Positions 58,477-64,000 of a DNA stretch of 64,000 nucleotides are shown piece by piece. How positions within the stretch are numbered: position 1 is the stretch's first letter; the number at the start of each line of letters is the position of its first letter. Made by a program: the position numbers and the translations under genes. Location: positions 124,001 through 188,000 of IMG/VR virus record IMGVR_UViG_3300031997_000001, one strand, 5' to 3'. The notes under the pieces are model-generated. The model was not told the origin of the DNA. It searched no databases and worked only from the letters and a program-made list of their open reading frames with translations.

Positions 58477-60643
58477 TCAGTACGAGCAGTATAGGACAAG
58501 CCATACCCCGAACGTCCCCTTGAGTTCCCATTCCTCGGACCTTTTCAGCATGAAGGCCCGCACGGAGTCGAGGGTGGATGGGTTGTACAGGAACGGTCCA
58601 TCACTCCTGACCTCTGCCACCTGCTTGCCGACGATCACTTCGTCGCCTTCGGAATCTCCGACCGGGTAGACGCGGTATCCCAAGTATTCGCCGTCGTCTT
58701 CATTGTAGCCCTTGACGGGGCGGGGTTCTGTTGTCCACGATTGCTTCCCGCATTCCGGACAGAACTTCGCCCCCTTCTTCGGATGGGCGCATCCGGACAC
58801 CTTCCGCTCCGGCATCAAATCGGAACGCTTGACCTTGATGCCGCAGATTAGCCAAGTCGTATAGTCCACGCTCATGGACTCTCCTTGGTCATGCTTTCAT
58901 TCCCATTTGGAATCCCATGGGCGGACGCTTGATGCTGCCTTCCTCGTCCCCCTCCCCTTCCTTGTAGAAGATCGACCGGGTGCCGAGCTTCGTGGCGATG
59001 GGCAGTTTGATGCCGTCCCCGCCGTAGGAACTGCCGAACATGAACAGCCCCTCGCCGGGCTCCGTGGCTCCCAGCTCCCGATAACACTTCCCGTCCCAGA
59101 CCAGCTCGATAGCCTCTCCCCACTCGATGCCCTTGAGCTTCTGGTCCCGGTCATAGCAATAGTCGCGGAGCCAGACATTGGCGACGTCGATGTCAAGGTC
59201 CTTGTGGCGGGCGACGACCTCAAGGCTCTGGGATTCGGTCACGACGAGTTCCGTGTTGGGGAACAGGAACGTCGGCTTCCCGCCCACGAGGCGGGCGTTC
59301 AGGAACACGATCCTCGGGTTGCGGTCGGGCTCGACGGTTTGCCCATGCCACTCCCCCGATCCATGGTCGATATTCTTCACGCGGGCCACGACTATGGTGA
59401 AAATGTCCATCAAACCCGGTCTCCTTCCACCACCTGCAGGAACTGGGCCTGCAGGTCTTTCTCGACCTGGGTCCAGTCCTTGGCGATCTCCTCGTCCGTC
59501 ATTCCCTCTCTCTTGCAGACCTCGTAGTGCGTCTCCTTCAGATCAGGACTGCGCGGGAGGGGCGGGCGGAGCGACGGGCTGAGCGGGTACGTTCGCATTC
59601 GGAGCCTCCTTCACGGGAGCGGGGGCGAGGGCCTGTGTGGGCTTCGCCTTGGGGATGACGGTGACCGGACCCTTGGCGGGCTTCACAGTGACCGGGCGGT
59701 AATTGTGGTGCTCGACCTGCTCGGGCTTGGCCTTCTTGATGGGCTTGGGACTGGCCGTCGGGCCGCCGCCGACCCGCTTGTAGCCGCGGTCCATGAGCCG
59801 GGCGACCAGCTGGGCGTAGTCCTTAAACGCGAACACGCTGCCGGTCTTCCCCTGCTTGCCCAGGGAGGCGTTGTACGTGTTGAAGGCGCGGTACTTCTTG
59901 GTGATCCGGTTGACGATCACGTGGGCCTCTGCCTTCACGCCCTTGTGGTCGAACGCCATCGGCTTCGACCAGCGCTCGCCGGCGATCGACTTGAAGTCGA
60001 ACTTCGGGGTGCCGCTCACCTTCTGCGTCGCCATCTGTTCCTCCTTCTTGGATGAGATGATCCGCGTGCAGTGGACGACCGCACGGGCGCCGCTCTTTAT
60101 GTCTTCGACCTCGACCTGACTCCGGTCCCGCCGGACCTCGCGGAACAGCTCCGGCATCGCCTTCCCGTCAGGACCGACGACGCGAAACCCTTCGCGCATG
60201 CTCCTCCCTCCTTGGCACGATGCCGATCTGGATGTCCCTTCCCACGGTGCGGACCATGTGGAGCGCGTCCTCCAGCCTCTTGACTCCGTCGAGGGTGAGG
60301 ACCGCGTGGATCGTCTCCGAGTGAGCCCTCCCGATCAGGCCGATGGTGACCATGTCGCCGACCTTCCTCGCCACGAGGTAGCGGGGCGACAGGAAGCCGT
60401 TGCGCTTGGCTTGCCTGACCTGGAGGACGACGAGCGTGTTGATCTTCAGCATGCCGTCTTCTCCTTCTCCTCCTCACTCATCTTCACCCAGGCCGAACCA
60501 TCCCAACGGTAGACCAGCCCATCTACCGTCGCATTCAAGGCATCGTCCAACGTCGGGAAAGCAAAAGCCACCACCCCCCGGCTCCTGTCCTCGATGCCGA
60601 AATCGAAACCACCCACATGCTTCTGATTGACCAAATCCATCAT
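58477..60643 (-). other. Six hypothetical genes (58477-58875, 58889-59413, 59410-59598, 59543-60199, 60168-60452, 60446-60643)
   Basis: Tiled ORFs. Confidence 0.6.
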
Positions 60644-60669
60644 TATCTCCTTGAGTTGGCTGATCCCCT

Positions 60670-60701
60670 AAAGGCCCGCCGCCCGATGCGGACGGCGGGC
60701 C
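60670..60701 (-). terminator. Intrinsic terminator
   Basis: GGCCCGCCGTCCG-CAT-CGGGCGGCGGGCC-TTT. Confidence 0.7.
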
Positions 60702-60708
60702 GTGTGGT

Positions 60709-61329
60709 TTACTTCGCCCGGAGCGAGGGCTTGGTGGGCTTGAGGATCCCCTGCTCGAGCAGGCCCTTGGCCTTCGCCTCGATCTTCTCGTCCATCACGA
60801 TCCCGTGGTGGAGAGCCTCGGTCGGCACGTAATACTGCTCGACCACGAGGTAGTCCTTGAACTTGTCGATGCCGATGGCCTCGATGATCCGCTTCAGGCC
60901 GTCCGGGTCGTTGACCGCCTTCTCGCTGAGGCTGATCTCGGTGACCTTCTTGACCAGCTTGTCCATCTCGTCGCCGAAGGCCTTCTCCAGCGCGTCCTTG
61001 GCGTCGGTGGGGACCTTGCTGTACTTGTTCTGGGTGACCAGCAGCAGGGCCTCGTTGAGCACCACGGCGCTCTCGAACCGGCCGAGGGCGCGGAGTTCCT
61101 TGATGCGGGCGGCCAGGGCCTTGGGCATGATTTCCTCTTCCGCGGTCGCCTGCGCTGCCGCGGCGTTCTTGCTGTCCTGCTTGGCCTTCAGGAAGGCGGC
61201 CACGTCCTTGTCGATGCCGGGGACGGTGATCGTCGGGGTCTTGCTCTTCGACTTCGTCGCGGGCTTGTTGGCCGCGAGCCCGGCGAGCAGGTCGTTCACG
61301 TCGATGGTCTTGTCGGAGGTCTTCGCCAT
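60709..61329 (-). CDS. Hypothetical protein, probably highly expressed
   Basis: Own promoter and terminator; extreme codon bias. Confidence 0.8.
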   Translation of the reverse strand: MAKTSDKTIDVNDLLAGLAANKPATKSKSKTPTITVPGIDKDVAAFLKAKQDSKNAAAAQATAEEEIMPKALAARIKELRALGRFESAVVLNEALLLVTQNKYSKVPTDAKDALEKAFGDEMDKLVKKVTEISLSEKAVNDPDGLKRIIEAIGIDKFKDYLVVEQYYVPTEALHHGIVMDEKIEAKAKGLLEQGILKPTKPSLRAK

Positions 61330-61374
61330 GGTCGCAACTCCTAGAAAGGGGTGGATGCTTCCGTCAACAGGCGT

Positions 61375-61404
61375 ATTCTATCAGGGAGCGTATCTTATTG
61401 TCAA
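61375..61404 (-). promoter_or_regulatory. sigma70-like promoter
   Basis: TTGACA-18-TAGAAT with TG extension, AT-rich upstream. Confidence 0.8.
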
Positions 61405-61709
61405 TTATTTGAAATACAGTCTAGAATTCTCCTCAATTGGGGAATCTTGAGAATGGAGACTACGCAGGGACGGCCTCGATGCAGTTGCGGGTCTTCTCGT
61501 CCATCCCGTACAGCTGGTCCCGCAAGGCCTTGATCATCTTCTCGACGTCCTCTTCCGAGAGCTCGTCAGGTTCGCCCATCATATGATCCCATATGTAGTC
61601 GGCCAGTGCGGGGATGAACTTCTTGTCCAGCTGCCTGACGCTCTGGACTTTGCCGGCCATCATCTTGACGTCGCTGACGAACTGGTCAACCTTGGTCATC
61701 AGGCTCCTC

Positions 61710-62132
61710 CTAGTCAGGACCCGTGGTGCTCGAGAGGAATGAGTCGCCGCCCTTCTTGTAGCTGTGCGTATGTCCCTTCCTGGAAGCCCCTCGTGCCAGA
61801 GGCTCGACCGCATCCAGCCGCTTCTGGAGTTCCTTGAGCCAGATCGCCAGCGGCAGGATCTCGCCAGGAATCCGCTCGTTCGAGGAGGCGAGAGCGTGCT
61901 TGGTCGCGGCCAGCTCGTCCCGGAGCTTGGCACACTCGGCCTTGGTGACGGTCAGCTCCTTGAGCACTTCGGGTTGCTCGGACGGCAGCGTCTTCTCCAT
62001 CTCCCGCTGCTCGCGCAGGACAGCTTGGAGCTGCGTATTGAGCTTGCTGATCTCCCGGTCCTTGCTCCCGTCATCGCAACCGAGGATCGTGAGCGGGATC
62101 AGCAGAATGACTAGAGAGAAGAGTCGGTTCAT
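61710..62132 (-). CDS. Putative lipoprotein with coiled coil
   Basis: Signal peptide and lipobox ILGC. Confidence 0.7.
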   Translation of the reverse strand: MNRLFSLVILLIPLTILGCDDGSKDREISKLNTQLQAVLREQREMEKTLPSEQPEVLKELTVTKAECAKLRDELAATKHALASSNERIPGEILPLAIWLKELQKRLDAVEPLARGASRKGHTHSYKKGGDSFLSSTTGPD

Positions 62133-62145
62133 GATGCCTCCTGTG

Positions 62146-63932
62146 TTAGAGTTCCTGAAGGCCCAGATCCGGACCGCGACGGCTGGTCTCCTCCACGAGG
62201 ACGGGCTTGGGCCGCGCCTTCTCCTCTTCCTGCTTGATCAGCTGCTTGAGCCCGTAGTTCACCTGCCGGAGCTCGTACTCGCTCTTGAGCTCGCCGTCCT
62301 TCACGGTGAGCCGGCGGGTCTCTGCGGCGATCGCCTTCCCCTTCCCGAGCCTGGCCAGGTTATCCATGACCTGGGTGATCAGCTCAAGTTGCTGATCCGT
62401 CGGGGCCTTGGTTGTCGCGTTCATGATTTCATCTCCCTGTGTTGCTTGCAGTGCTCGGCGCAGCAATACCCGCCATTGTGCGTGGTGAGCTTGTCGCATC
62501 CGGGCAGCGCACATTTCCTCGCTTCCCGCTCCTTCTTACGCAGGAAGGATGGGAGGCCGAAGATACCGGTGAGCCCGGCAAAGACCATCTTCGATTCGTG
62601 GCTCAAGAACCGCCATGTGCCACGGCACAGGCGCTCCACCAGATCTTCCTCATCCGAGGATCTCCTTGGCGAGGGCCTCGATGTTCTTGGTCTTCTGCTC
62701 CGTGGATACCGTCTGCTTGGTCGACTTCGCGCCTCTGCAGGCTACGCACAGCTTGACCTGGAAGAGGTCTGAGGTATGTACCAATCGCGCCGCCTTGCAC
62801 TTGGCGCAGGTGATCTCGATGGTCCACTTCTTGGCGGCGGGCTGGTAGTAGAGCGTGCCCGCTTTCGCGTGCGGGTACTTCTTGAGCAGGGCTGCCTCGT
62901 CCGGCCCCTTGGTCTTGAGCGTCGGGATTCTGGGCTTCTTCGTCCCGTCCGGATTCCTGCTCTTCATCGCCCTCGCCGAGGCCGCATTGGTCTCCGACTT
63001 GGGCTTGAGCTTCTTGTTCTTGTCGACGATCGCCTTGACGATGGCGAGTCCCGGAGTCTTGACCGGCTTGGCTTGAGTCTGGCCCTCGGCGACGACCAGC
63101 ACCGGCACGTCGGCCTTCGGCGGCTTCGGCTTGACCGGCTTGTCGATCAGCCTCTGGCCGAGGCCCAGGTTCTTCTCGAGCTGGCTCTGCAACGCTTCCA
63201 TCTCGTCCATATTTGGCTCCTTGCCAGATTTATGCCGCCTGAATGTTGGCCTTCCAGCCGAAGCGGGACAGCTCCGCCCACGCGTCGAGCACGTCCTCGA
63301 TGCCGGCGGTCATCACCAGGTCCGCGGCCAGCAGGTTCTCACGGTGCTCACCCCCGCGGGAGGCGAACAGGTTCGAGCCCTTGCCCGAGACGGGGGAGAT
63401 GGACGCGTAGTCCGCCTTCTTGGGAAGGGATCCCTCTTCCATCTGGCCGTCCGAGAGGCCGAGGTGCTTCCAGAGCTCCCACATCGCGTGGAAGCTGCCG
63501 GTGGCCACGAAGGGCCGCGTGCTCCCGTTCCGCACCGTGAGCTTGTAGAAGCGGGGGACGGACAGGTCGATGGCGACGATCGCGTCCGGCTTGAAGATCG
63601 TGTTGCTCCCGCGGACGCCGCGCCGGGTCGTGTAGTGGTCGGTCCAGCCGATCGGGCCGTCCACGCCGAGAAGGGTCTGCGACATGGTAGGTCTCCTAGA
63701 GGGGGACGACGGTGGCCGTGCCCACTTCCGTGTCGAACTCGACGGTGATCTGCTCACCCCACCTCACGAACTTCGACAGGGCCTCCTCGATCTGCTCGCG
63801 CATCTCCGTCAGTTCGTCCGTGCCTGAGCCGATCGCCTCCTGTATGGCCATGTCCACGACGTCCGGGGTCTTGAACATGACCCTGATCTTGTTATCCTTC
63901 GGGTCGGGGTCTTGGGCTTCGGATGCCTTCAT
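62146..63932 (-). other. Five hypothetical genes (62146-62430, 62421-62639, 62650-63210, 63230-63685, 63696 to window end)
   Basis: Tiled ORFs with SD. Confidence 0.6.
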
Positions 63933-64000
63933 CGCCAGGGCCGCTTTCGGTCCGATCTCGGTGGGCTTGAGCCTCTTGAAGAAGGCGTCGCACTTGTCCA

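Noticed and set aside
30478-63748. Long + strand ORFs (e.g. 37562-39196, 53374-54894, 48239-49429, 50563-51738)
   Set aside because: Antisense shadows of GC-rich - strand genes; no motifs or SD.
1-64000. Genome-wide TAG reassignment suggested by the CUA tRNA
   Set aside because: Recognisable genes are intact in code 11 and many end at TAG exactly where the next SD or gene begins; only pth2 has an internal TAG.

Overview
64 kb from a large, GC-rich tailed (jumbo-type) bacteriophage genome read in the standard genetic code; no rRNA, CRISPR array or cellular housekeeping operon. 1-8.7 kb (+): a partial virion-type protein, a holin-like protein, receiver-like and ubiquitin-like proteins, then a consensus sigma70 promoter, a ~200-nt structured RNA, a peptidyl-tRNA hydrolase (Pth2 family) gene with an in-frame amber codon at codon 3, an amber-suppressor tRNA(CUA), an RNA ligase, an HNH protein and a PLD-like protein. 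8.6-21.5 kb (mostly -): glycosyltransferase/methyltransferase/radical-SAM/acetyltransferase cluster interrupted by a 1000-aa + strand gene. 21.6-64 kb (-): dense small early-type genes with sigma70-like promoters, including rtcB, a ~465-nt structured non-coding RNA, a LigD-phosphoesterase/PolX fusion, an SF2 helicase, a WGR protein, an NAD-dependent ligase split by an antisense LAGLIDADG gene, a minimal ATP-dependent ligase, a free-standing HNH endonuclease and a Ycf46-like AAA+/DUF1257/DUF2997 module with duplicated parts. Best candidate for a new system: amber-readthrough-gated Pth2 encoded beside its own suppressor tRNA. Family calls come from motif recognition by eye; no searches were run.
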